Of a stretch of 63,839 bases of DNA, positions 56,001 to 63,839 are shown piece by piece. The stretch comes from Bacteroidales bacterium (GTDB lineage: Bacteria; Bacteroidota; Bacteroidia; Bacteroidales; PUMT01), in assembly GCA_007135095.1 (NCBI GenBank), contig SLJO01000077.1, positions 1 through 63,839 on the forward strand, in the 5' to 3' direction. Position numbers and translations under genes: made by a program. Numbering within the stretch: position 1 is the stretch's first letter; each line of letters starts with the position of its first letter. Below the pieces are notes generated by a model. It saw only the letters and a list, made by a program, of their open reading frames with translations, searched no databases and had not been told where the DNA came from.

Positions 56001-56785
56001 TCGGCTATATCCTGCCTTGCAGGAGCAAACTGCCTGGCAACGGGTCCCTGCAAAAAGGCGCAGTTATCCTTGTATGCTGAAACCACCCTGTTTTGATTGT
56101 CTTCTGTGGTCTGCCTGATCAACTGAAACAGTGTATGGGGTTTTTCCTTGCCGTCTATTACGAACCGGCCGTTGAATATTTTGTGGCGGCAGTGCTCGGA
56201 ATTTACCTGTGAAAATCCGAAGATCTCGCTGTCTGTCAGCTTCCGTCCGATCTGCCGGGCTACATTTTCAAGGTAATCAATCTCCTCGGGGCTCAGTGCA
56301 AGCCCTTCCTGTTTATTATAACCAGGTATATCGTCAATGTAAATAACAGGATCGGGTTTTTTGCTGATCGTGAAAATTTCCTGGTGCAGGCTGTCATATA
56401 TGCGTTGAAGCATGGGATCATATGCCTGCTGGCCGGCAGCAGGGCTGCCCGAGGCAGGCTGAATGCCTGTACGCGCAACGGCCTGGGCAACAGAATCAGC
56501 AGAATGGCGGGCGCCGGTTGCTGACGGGCCTTCAAATGGAACAAACTCCTCTATCCTTGTTATTCCTGTTATCCCCATATTCTGGGTTATCTCCACGGCA
56601 TTGGTGCTCCATGGAGTGACCATCTCGCGGCGCGGACCTGTATACCTCCCTTCAATACTGTCGGTTTTAATATGTGCAGCACCGCCAAACAGCCAGGAAA
56701 GCGTGTCTATATCATTATCATGGAGCGGTTCGGTGACTTCAGTTGCATAAATGGTACCTGCCGTATTGCGGAAGAATAATATCAT
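53003..56785 (-). CDS. purL: Phosphoribosylformylglycinamidine synthase (large, fused type)
   Basis: NSEHCRHKIF, KAETHNFPT, HDHGAGG, ESQERM, GKDSLSM, GVCNGCQ, MMPHLER. Confidence 0.98.
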   Translation of the reverse strand: MILFFRNTAGTIYATEVTEPLHDNDIDTLSWLFGGAAHIKTDSIEGRYTGPRREMVTPWSTNAVEITQNMGITGITRIEEFVPFEGPSATGARHSADSVAQAVARTGIQPASGSPAAGQQAYDPMLQRIYDSLHQEIFTISKKPDPVIYIDDIPGYNKQEGLALSPEEIDYLENVARQIGRKLTDSEIFGFSQVNSEHCRHKIFNGRFVIDGKEKPHTLFQLIRQTTEDNQNRVVSAYKDNCAFLQGPVARQFAPARQDIADWFEVKEVETVLSLKAETHNFPTTVEPFNGAATGTGGEIRDRMAGGKGAVPLAGTAVYMTSYPRTETGRAWENAVLPRPWLYQTPEDILIKASNGASDFGNKFGQPLICGSLLTFEHKEKEKTYGYDKVIMLAGGIGYGKKKDSMKDDPVKGDRIILLGGDNYRIGMGGSAVSSVATGEYGNLIELNAVQRSNPEMQKRVCNAIRAMMESDENPVISIHDHGAGGHLNCLSELVENAGGRIEMDKLPVGDPTLSAREIAGNESQERMGLVLHDKDVDLLRRVAERERAPMYNIGEVTGDMQFTFEDTVKKIKPIDLQLAWLFGSPPPTVMTDKTIDSGFGQLEFDDRRFREYLVSVLQIESVACKDWLTNKVDRSVTGKVALQQTTGRIQLPLNNLAVMAVDYGGVRGVATAIGHAPVAAMIDPAKGSVLAIAESLTNILWAPLQDGIRGVSLSANWMWPTRHEGEDSRLYSAVEAASDFAKALGINIPTGKDSLSMTQKYRDGTVVYAPGTVIISAAAEVTDIRKTVTPGLKDIPGSSVLYIDLSGGEFYLGGSSFAQSINFVGSECPTVSDPVYFVRAFNALQKLITKEMILAGHDVSAGGLITALLEMCFPERETGINIDLSGIDESIINLLFSEKPAVLVQVADAGKVIGDLAIKGVEAVLIGKYNDKREFTVRHDEGNYELNINKLRDVWYRSSYLLDRKQSGGGLALKRFGNYSKQPLSYKFPEGFSGLASQYGIDNDRRERSGVKAAIIREKGVNGDREMAWIMHLAGMDVKDVHMTDLISGRETLEDVNLIVFVGGFSNSDVLGSARGWAGAFLYNEKAKEALDRFYARKDTLSLGVCNGCQLMVELGLVGVAGSEKSRMLFNDSHKFESAFLNVNIQDNQSVMLKTLAGSRLGIWVAHGEGKFELPMQESDYHIPMKYSYDEYPGNPNGSGYTAAAICSADGRHLAMMPHLERSLYPHNWADYPADRKNDEITPWLEAFVNARKWISDAL

Positions 56786-57039
56786 TATGAATAATATTTG
56801 GGAGAGATAAATTCAATTATCATGCGAAATTATAAAAACAATGGGAGTATTTACCTGTTTTTTTTCAGATTGTATCAACACCTGGAAAGCCGCAAAGGGA
56901 ATTGGATCTTCCGGGAGGGGAAACAGAGCTTTCGGGAAGTTTTTAACCGGAATCAGGAAACAGGCGCCCGGAAATATTTCATCCCTGTTGCTTTTGGTGG
57001 CGTGAGCATGATTAAACAGAAGGGAGAAAACTGACCAGA

Positions 57040-57426
57040 TTACGAATCTATTTTCTTTTTAACATAGAACCTGGTAATTAACCTGAGCGCAAGGTCAAGC
57101 TTTTCGTAGCCAAGAACTGCCTTACTGTAAAAAAGCCCTATGAATAATGGCAGCAGGGCCATGGCAAGTACAATAAGTCCGATCATCACATGATTCTCTG
57201 TCTGCATCAGAATGATTATTAAAAGGGCCATCAGAAAGACAGCATAGACAATTCCAAAAGCAATCAGGTATTGCTTGCGCTTCAGGTACTTTCCATGAAG
57301 TTTGGCTATAACTCCTTCACTGATGCATTCTTCCAGGAATTCCTTTTTTTCATGATAACTGAGCTCTCCCTGGATCTCTTTATATAAAAGCTTTCGTAAT
57401 ATTTTAAAGCGGTCCATTTCATCCAT
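57040..57426 (-). CDS. Hypothetical protein with two TM helices
   Basis: Charged N-terminal helical region, two hydrophobic segments, basic C-tail; AT-rich upstream region. Confidence 0.7.
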   Translation of the reverse strand: MDEMDRFKILRKLLYKEIQGELSYHEKKEFLEECISEGVIAKLHGKYLKRKQYLIAFGIVYAVFLMALLIIILMQTENHVMIGLIVLAMALLPLFIGLFYSKAVLGYEKLDLALRLITRFYVKKKIDS

Positions 57427-57498
57427 GTTTTCACTTTTTAATATTATTCGTATAAATATACAAAAAGTTTGAAACCCGGGATAATTAAATTAAATTTT

Positions 57499-57518
57499 AA
57501 TGCCGGTTACCCGGCATT
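57499..57518 (-). terminator. Hairpin downstream of the SMC-like ATPase gene
   Basis: AATGCCGG-ttac-CCGGCATT 8-bp stem ~47 bp after the stop; AT-rich flank but no clean U-tract. Confidence 0.45.
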
Positions 57519-57564
57519 CCCTGAATCCAGGAAGAAACATGTCCGTATACATGAGGGTGCAAGT

Positions 57565-60500
57565 TTATTGACGGGCATCGGTCTTTACCATGCCAGGCAG
57601 AGGCAAATCCACTATTTCCTTTAAAAATGTCTCGCAGTCGGAGGGTTCCAGGTCAAGAGTCGAAATGTACGCGTTGATATGAAGCAATATCTCGTGGGGT
57701 GTTAACGGCTGCCGGCCGTCAATATACCCGCCGGAAATAAAAAACTGCTCAAGTTCATCGATCCTGGATTCCATGAAACGCGGTACCTCCCTGTTTCTCA
57801 TGGCCGCTATCAGCTTTTGGGGATCGTTATTCAGCTCGGCCAGTTTTCCGGAAACCTTATCTATATGGGTGCCGGAAACTGCTCCGGAATTAATTAACAC
57901 CTCACTGTCCGCTATCCTCGACCGGCCTTTACGGTACATCTCACTGAACCTGCTGAGCAGGATGACTTTTTGTTCCATTCCGGCAACTGACTTATCATCA
58001 AATCCTTCAATATTGCCAATTCCCAGGTATGATTGCAGTTGTCCCCAATACTTTATCCCCCTTTTAAGGCACTCATACAGTAATTTGTTATCTTCCAGCA
58101 AATACCAGATATGAAGGCGTTCCGGCGAATCTTCAATTATATTATACCGGGTTACGGATATTAGTTCCTTATATTCGTCCCGGCCCATACCATCAGGACC
58201 CGGCACATCAGGAGTGAGATCAAAGGACTCAAAGGGATGCAGGGAACGGCTTAGCATGGAGGATTCACTATCCCGGCCGGCGAGCTCAATGATTTTTGAT
58301 GAGACACCGGTTCGTGTTTTAAGAAATGACTGCCACCTGGCAACCTCATCTCCCTGCGCGGTAAAGTAGAAGACCTGGCGGCCGTCCCTGCTTATCTCCA
58401 CGAGGGCCTCGATTATGGCCCCGGCCCTGGTATCATCGCTGTTGGCCAGCAGTTCGTCGGCAAGTACCGGCAGCATGAGGGCTGACTCCTGGGTTTCGAT
58501 AAAGGCCAGGCGCAGTGACATCAGAAGCTGTATGCGGGTTCCGGTTGATAATTCATCAAGTTCCTGGCCAAGCCTCTGAACCGTATCATATGCCCTGAAT
58601 GAGGGCTCGGCCTTTTCATCCAGTATCAGCTCATACCTGCCCTGGGTGATCCGGTTAAACAGTACATTGGCCCGCTTAAATACCTTTGGCCGGTTTTGCT
58701 CCCTTGATTCCTTCCTGAGATGGTCAACCAGCAGCTGACCTGTAACCGAAGCAAGGTTCCGCTCAAAAAGATCCTCGAGCCCTTCCGATGCCCTGCCTTT
58801 TTCACTCAATGCCTCCTCCAGGTCATGACACTGCCTTACATTGCTGATATTGGTTTCTATCCGGGTTATTTCCTCCTGTATCCTGTCACGTTTTTCTGCC
58901 TGTTCTGCAAAGGCGGCGATCATGCCGGGAACCTCATCGGGGCTAAGGGTTTGGATATTCCCGTTTTCCTTAAAAAGGGAATGGCTTTCCATAATCTTCT
59001 TTCTGTCTGAAAGGGTGATTTCAGCAGCAAACCGGTCATTTCTCACCCCGCCGAATTCTTCAAGCCGAAGGGCAAGTTCACGCACGCGCTCTTTGTGTCC
59101 CTGTTCAATGCCAATCTTTTCATAGATCCCCCTGAGCTTTGCAGCGGCTCTCTCCATCTGCTTTTTCTTCTCCCTTATTATATCATTTTGCCTTTCAATC
59201 GCACTCGTGCAATCTTTCCATACCGTGATATCATCAATGAGTTCGTTTAATACGGCATTCGCCCCGGCTGCATCACTTACGGCCGCAGCATTATGCCCTG
59301 CAGCAAGATCATTGAATTTCCGGAGATTTTCATTTTTCTGGCGGGTTGCCTCATCTCTTCCTCCGGTTAGAGCCAGGACTTCAGCATTGTATTTCTGCCA
59401 GTCAGCCGCATGCACCAGGAACCAGTACAACCCGTCATAGCTTTTAAGATCTTCCAGGGGAATGCCGGGTATCGCCTTAAGCCTTTCCAGCATCTGCTCC
59501 CGCTGCTTATTAACCTGCCCGAGCCTTTGTTCCGCTTCAGCCAGCCTGTCCCGGCATAATTCCATACTCTGTGCGGCCTGTTCATCTCTTTCTGCCCTGG
59601 CAAGCTCCGATATGAGCAGTTCCATTATACCCGCAACATTTTCGGTTTCCCAGTCCCCGGGTTGCCTCAGCCCTGTTTTCTCATAGTCTTTCCTGCGAAG
59701 GTCATTTCCTGAACCGGGCTTTGCCATCCAGGCAATAATCCCGGCAACCGTCACCGGAAGCAGTCCCCACAAACCGGTAAGATAGACCAGCACACCAGAG
59801 GCGATGCCGGCAAGGGTAAGCACAGCCACCCATATCCCTGGGACGCCGGTTACGCTTTTCTTCTCCTGCAGCCAGTTGCTCAGTATCTTAATTCCCTCTT
59901 TAATGGTTTCACTGTCAGATTCAGCACCATCCTCATTACCGGGGGAGAGTGCTTTATAGCTGGTCTCATAAAACTGCTTTTCGCTCAGGCACTGATGATA
60001 CTTCTGCAGTAACCGGCCGAGATTGCCGACATCATCGAGCCTTAATCCGTCCCACCCCGTTGTATCAGGATTTTCGCCTATGCTTTTTATCGCTTCAGCG
60101 GCCTTTACACGGAACTCCTCAATTTTCCTGCTTATTTCCCCGATATCCCTTTCGAGTCTTTCCAGTTCCCTGACCCTGGTTGCAAGCTCCCCTGTGACAA
60201 CCGGGTCAATTCCCCCGGCAGGGAGGCCCAGCAGGGAAAGTCTTTCCCGGTTGGCGGTGGCAACTGTTTCCGCATTATCGGCCTCACCGCGGCAGTCACT
60301 GATCTCTGTTTCCAGGTTTACAATATGCTGATACTCGTCGCCGGTCATTTTTGCAAGCTCCGCGGGGAATTTGCCGAACAGCTCCGATAACCGGGCGTAA
60401 TTAAGATTTGCCTCAAGAAATTGTTCAACTTTGCCGTAAAAATCAAGCTTTTTCCGTGCATCCTCAGCTTTTTCCCTCTCCCTGTAAAGATCCTGCAGCA

Positions 60501-61050
60501 TCTCCTCCTGCTGCTTTAGTTCCAGTTGTTTCTTTTCGGTTTCTTTGAAATTAGCTTCGGCTTTCAGAAATTTCTGGTGTTCGGCAGCACCCTTATTTTT
60601 TATTGCACTGCTGTAACCCAGCTTTATCTGGGCTTCATCCAGGTCATATCCGCCCACCGATTCCCTCATGATCTGCCTGGCCAGGTCGGTTTCGTTTGCT
60701 ATGACAAGATCATGCAGGGCGAGCATGTACCTTCGGGAAGCATCCGGTGAGGGTATGCCGGTAATCTCGTCATCGGCTCCCTCCCTTTGTACCTTTTTGC
60801 GGCCGGCATCAATTTTTATCTCCCAGGGGGTCCCCCCGATTACCACCGAACTCTCTGCCAGCACACCCTCAACCCTGCCCCTCCATATCAGATCCTGAAT
60901 TATCCTTGCCGTAGAGCTTTTTCCCGACCCGTTAGGGCCGGCAATTATATTGATATTGGGTGCCAGGTCCCGGTATGCCTCCATCCCCCTGGGAAACCCC
61001 GGCATTTTATGGATTGACAAATCCCTGATTATAAAAGGCACTTTCTGCAT
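57565..61050 (-). CDS. YhaN/SbcC/Rad50-like SMC-type ATPase with central TM hairpin and C-terminal extension
   Basis: Walker A GPNGSGKS, long coiled coils, TM hairpin, signature LSTGT, Walker B VLADE, D-loop NSD, QVFYFTAQ. Start reassigned to ATG 61050, 1 bp after the upstream gene's stop. Confidence 0.88.
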   Translation of the reverse strand: MQKVPFIIRDLSIHKMPGFPRGMEAYRDLAPNINIIAGPNGSGKSSTARIIQDLIWRGRVEGVLAESSVVIGGTPWEIKIDAGRKKVQREGADDEITGIPSPDASRRYMLALHDLVIANETDLARQIMRESVGGYDLDEAQIKLGYSSAIKNKGAAEHQKFLKAEANFKETEKKQLELKQQEEMLQDLYREREKAEDARKKLDFYGKVEQFLEANLNYARLSELFGKFPAELAKMTGDEYQHIVNLETEISDCRGEADNAETVATANRERLSLLGLPAGGIDPVVTGELATRVRELERLERDIGEISRKIEEFRVKAAEAIKSIGENPDTTGWDGLRLDDVGNLGRLLQKYHQCLSEKQFYETSYKALSPGNEDGAESDSETIKEGIKILSNWLQEKKSVTGVPGIWVAVLTLAGIASGVLVYLTGLWGLLPVTVAGIIAWMAKPGSGNDLRRKDYEKTGLRQPGDWETENVAGIMELLISELARAERDEQAAQSMELCRDRLAEAEQRLGQVNKQREQMLERLKAIPGIPLEDLKSYDGLYWFLVHAADWQKYNAEVLALTGGRDEATRQKNENLRKFNDLAAGHNAAAVSDAAGANAVLNELIDDITVWKDCTSAIERQNDIIREKKKQMERAAAKLRGIYEKIGIEQGHKERVRELALRLEEFGGVRNDRFAAEITLSDRKKIMESHSLFKENGNIQTLSPDEVPGMIAAFAEQAEKRDRIQEEITRIETNISNVRQCHDLEEALSEKGRASEGLEDLFERNLASVTGQLLVDHLRKESREQNRPKVFKRANVLFNRITQGRYELILDEKAEPSFRAYDTVQRLGQELDELSTGTRIQLLMSLRLAFIETQESALMLPVLADELLANSDDTRAGAIIEALVEISRDGRQVFYFTAQGDEVARWQSFLKTRTGVSSKIIELAGRDSESSMLSRSLHPFESFDLTPDVPGPDGMGRDEYKELISVTRYNIIEDSPERLHIWYLLEDNKLLYECLKRGIKYWGQLQSYLGIGNIEGFDDKSVAGMEQKVILLSRFSEMYRKGRSRIADSEVLINSGAVSGTHIDKVSGKLAELNNDPQKLIAAMRNREVPRFMESRIDELEQFFISGGYIDGRQPLTPHEILLHINAYISTLDLEPSDCETFLKEIVDLPLPGMVKTDARQ

Positions 61051-61051
61051 A

Positions 61052-62350
61052 TCACTGTTTTGACGGGGATTGCTGTTCGAGTAGTTCACCAAGCAGTTTC
61101 CGGCATTCCTTTTCTATGAATCTCATTCCCTGCCCGGCAAGGTCGGCATTCCGCACCTCCTTTTTGACCGGCTGGTATGCAGGAGAATCATTAATGGCCA
61201 GGAATTTCGCGTTCCACTGCGATAACAATGCTTCAGCAAAAGGAGTCGTCCTGCCCTGCCCGATAGCCAGTATAGTTTCGGCAAGTCTCCCTGCCGGGGA
61301 AGATTCTCCGGACAGCTTTTCGAGGTTGCCGATCAACGGCCTGACAATACTTTCAACTTTGCGGATTACAACATTGGTTCCCGGCTGGATCTCCAGCCTG
61401 TAGTCCTCTATACCCGATCCTGCCCATATGGCAGCCTCACGGGGTGTCCTGTGCTCCCCATCGATGATAATATCATACACCACCCAGGCCAGTCCCTGCT
61501 GCTCCCTTATCATATTCCCGGCCTCCTGCGCTGCTGCCCGGGTGACCCGGGCACGGACATCCCCCTCTCCGGCCGAGCCGGTAATATCAACAACCAGGGT
61601 TTCAAACCGCACCGGCGACATGGGTACCGGTTCGTGCCGTATAATTCCGGTGCTTTCCACGGTTAGCAGCACACAACCGTGACTGCCGTTTTCTTTTGCG
61701 CTCATGGCATGGGGTGAGCCGGGATAAAAAACCAGGGGATCAGCCTGGTTCAATATAATTGGCTTATGGATATGGCCAAGTGCCCATGCATTTATGCCTT
61801 TACCGGCAAACCCGCTGACATCAACCGGTGCGTACTTGCTCTCTCCGGCGGCCACATCACAGTGCAGCAGGCCTATGGCAGGGTGGTTGGGATCAATTCC
61901 CAGACGGGCCATTGACAATAAGGGGTTTTCATAAACAAACTGCCGGGGAAAAGACCAACCGGCTACCTGTACCTTACGGCCGTTCTTTTCAAAGGAAGCC
62001 AGCTCCCAGTTCCCGCCCGCACCAAGCAGGCGTACATTTTCATAATCACTTCCCCGGGCAATCTGATTCAGTACATCAAAATCGTGATTTCCTGATACCA
62101 TGAAGACCTTTATCCCGGCATCCCTCAGCCTTGCAAAACCTCTCTGCAGCGGGCCCAATGCTTCAAAGTACCGGTTATTGCGATCTACAATATCGCCGGT
62201 GAGCAAAAGCATATCAGCCTTGCCCTCTATACACCAGTCCGTTATACGCTGCCAGGTGAATCTTGTGGAAATTTCCTCCGGCATGCCGGGTATACCCCCG
62301 GAACTTCTGCCCAGGTGAAGGTCGCCGGCTACCAGTATTTTTATTGACAT
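61052..62350 (-). CDS. YhaO/SbcD/Mre11-like metallophosphoesterase nuclease
   Basis: GDLHLG, GDIVD, GNHD, LLH, LGHIH, YPGSP. Confidence 0.92.
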   Translation of the reverse strand: MSIKILVAGDLHLGRSSGGIPGMPEEISTRFTWQRITDWCIEGKADMLLLTGDIVDRNNRYFEALGPLQRGFARLRDAGIKVFMVSGNHDFDVLNQIARGSDYENVRLLGAGGNWELASFEKNGRKVQVAGWSFPRQFVYENPLLSMARLGIDPNHPAIGLLHCDVAAGESKYAPVDVSGFAGKGINAWALGHIHKPIILNQADPLVFYPGSPHAMSAKENGSHGCVLLTVESTGIIRHEPVPMSPVRFETLVVDITGSAGEGDVRARVTRAAAQEAGNMIREQQGLAWVVYDIIIDGEHRTPREAAIWAGSGIEDYRLEIQPGTNVVIRKVESIVRPLIGNLEKLSGESSPAGRLAETILAIGQGRTTPFAEALLSQWNAKFLAINDSPAYQPVKKEVRNADLAGQGMRFIEKECRKLLGELLEQQSPSKQ

Positions 62351-62490
62351 TGATTAAAACTGTAATAATAAGCGCTATGTAACTCTTCCCATCGACTTTT
62401 ACAACTGATAAATTTAACCACTTTTGACTGATTGCCAAAACAGAATTAATATTCCTTAAGCAGGAGTTACCGGATAGTGAGAATAATTAC

Positions 62491-62522
62491 TACTGCCGGC
62501 ATTATTGATCATGCCGGCAGTA
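62491..62522 (-). terminator. Strong hairpin after the T9SS cargo gene
   Basis: TACTGCCGGCAT-tattgatc-ATGCCGGCAGTA, perfect 12-bp stem ~30 bp after the stop. Confidence 0.65.
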
Positions 62523-62553
62523 ATTTGTTACGAATTGCAGTGATGCTGAAATA

Positions 62554-63839
62554 TCAGTTCTTGATTATCCTCATGACCATGGACTCTTCTCCCTGGCTGA
62601 TCCTTAAAATGTAAACCGAAGGAGAAAGGCCGGCAACATTGATAAATGACTCGCTGGTAATGTTGCGCATAATAAGCACGCGACCTCCGAGGGTAAGCAG
62701 CTCCAGCCTGAAGGGCTCACCGTGTGGCAATCCCGGACTGATGTACAGCAGGTCGTTTACGGGATTTGGAAAAACAGTTATCTTACTCATTCCGATCTTT
62801 ATTGTATTACTTACTGTGAAAGAAACAATGTTTGAAGGTTCAGAGACACAGCCCCTGGTTGAAACTACCGTTACAAAATATTCTCCGTTGGTTTCAGGGG
62901 AATACTCCTTTCCGCTTACTCCTTCCAGCTCGTTATTATTAAAAAACCAAATGTTCCCGCTTTCTGAACTTGACACAAGGGTTTCTCCAACTTGTTCAAG
63001 CACGGGGGTTACGGGTATAGGGTGCACTGTAACATGCAACTCCTCCTGCACCTCACATCCGTCCTTTTCCGCGAAAGCGGTATAGGTGACCGATTCAGCA
63101 GGAGCTACCAGTTCAGAACCGCTGCTCCAGGAAAGAAATCCGTCCGTTTCTGCCGTGAGCTCAACCTGATCACCCTCACAAATTTCAACATCATCCATCA
63201 CGGTAAGCGCAGGAACGGGGACAACGGTAACAGTCATCTGCCCTTCCACCCTGCAGGCACCCTGCCGGGCTGTCGCGGTATAGGTGGTTGTCCGGGATGG
63301 CGATACAGTGATATTCCCTCCACTCCAGGTAACTGTTCCGTCCGATGCCGCAGTCAGCTCAACCTGCTCACCCGCGCAGATAGCCACATCATCCATAACG
63401 GTAAGATAGGGAGGCGTATCAACACCTACTATAACCTGGTCCTCCGCCACGCCGCATAAAGTTGATGCAGTCACTATGTAGGTTGTCTCCTGGAGTGGGG
63501 AAACCATCAGGTCGGCAACATTCCATTCAAGGCTTCCGTAAGAGCTCAATACTTCCAGCAAAACCGAACTGCCCTGGCAAACCGAAGTATCGTCCATAGC
63601 CGTTACATGGGGCTCCGGCACCACCGTCACCGTGAGAGATCTTGTTTCGCTCTCCCCGCAGGGATTACTGCCATATACCACAAGTTCTGCATCACCTGTA
63701 AAACCTTCACTCCAGTGTACGGTTACAGATGACCCGTCCGGGTTTAGTGTTCCTGCCTCGGCTGGGGTGAGCGACCACTCAAACTCCTCAATATTAAGGG
63801 CAGCCTGCACTGTATATACCTCAACCGATCCATGGCACA
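62554..63839 (-). CDS. T9SS type-A cargo protein with tandem Ig-like repeats (5' end outside window)
   Basis: Frame is open to the window edge (CHGSVEVYTVQAA...); three ~65-aa repeats T(A/V)MDD..(I/V)C.G..V.L...SP..TT.Y..TA...C; C-terminal VFPNPVND...GLSPSVYILRI...RIIKN sorting domain. Confidence 0.88.
   Translation of the reverse strand, partial: CHGSVEVYTVQAALNIEEFEWSLTPAEAGTLNPDGSSVTVHWSEGFTGDAELVVYGSNPCGESETRSLTVTVVPEPHVTAMDDTSVCQGSSVLLEVLSSYGSLEWNVADLMVSPLQETTYIVTASTLCGVAEDQVIVGVDTPPYLTVMDDVAICAGEQVELTAASDGTVTWSGGNITVSPSRTTTYTATARQGACRVEGQMTVTVVPVPALTVMDDVEICEGDQVELTAETDGFLSWSSGSELVAPAESVTYTAFAEKDGCEVQEELHVTVHPIPVTPVLEQVGETLVSSSESGNIWFFNNNELEGVSGKEYSPETNGEYFVTVVSTRGCVSEPSNIVSFTVSNTIKIGMSKITVFPNPVNDLLYISPGLPHGEPFRLELLTLGGRVLIMRNITSESFINVAGLSPSVYILRISQGEESMVMRIIKN

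Noticed and set aside
56786-57039. Purine or ZTP riboswitch upstream of purL
   Set aside because: No consensus recognised, and a promoter-like TAATTTCG lies only ~40 bp upstream of the start, leaving no room for an aptamer.
61051-61092. 41-bp overlap between the nuclease and ATPase genes in the ORF track
   Set aside because: It arises from an upstream alternative start; ATG 61050 gives a clean 1-bp gap.
1-63839. tRNA, rRNA, prophage or integrase genes
   Set aside because: No cloverleaf, rRNA-like segment, or phage/integrase motif seen by eye; tRNAscan and Infernal were not run.

Overview
About 64 kb of a Bacteroidota chromosome, most likely an anaerobic Bacteroidales/Marinilabiliales-type organism. 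This is inferred from the murF-gldJ / porU-porV-ispF order, TAnnTTTG promoter motifs, Gln after signal peptides and the short AMP nucleosidase. The window is mostly housekeeping genes (murF, ispF, kduI/kduD, hutU, alaS, recR, E2 acyltransferase, amn, holA, proC, PBP1A, purL) plus type IX secretion/gliding genes. I see no rRNA, tRNA, CRISPR array, prophage or intact mobile element, only an IS5-type transposase relic. No unambiguous new system is demonstrable from sequence alone. The best leads are: (1) an Mre11-like nuclease plus membrane-hairpin SMC-like ATPase pair with an unexplained ~230-aa C-terminal extension and an altered His-switch; (2) a gluzincin + beta-propeller + Omp85-barrel fusion; (3) an orphan RifL/RifK-like dehydrogenase-aminotransferase pair; (4) a TPR/PD40 protein ending in a membrane anchor instead of OmpA; (5) recurrent short CCGG-rich tandem duplications at gene 3' ends, one of which copies ispF coding sequence exactly. 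All calls come from motif recognition by eye; no database searches were run.
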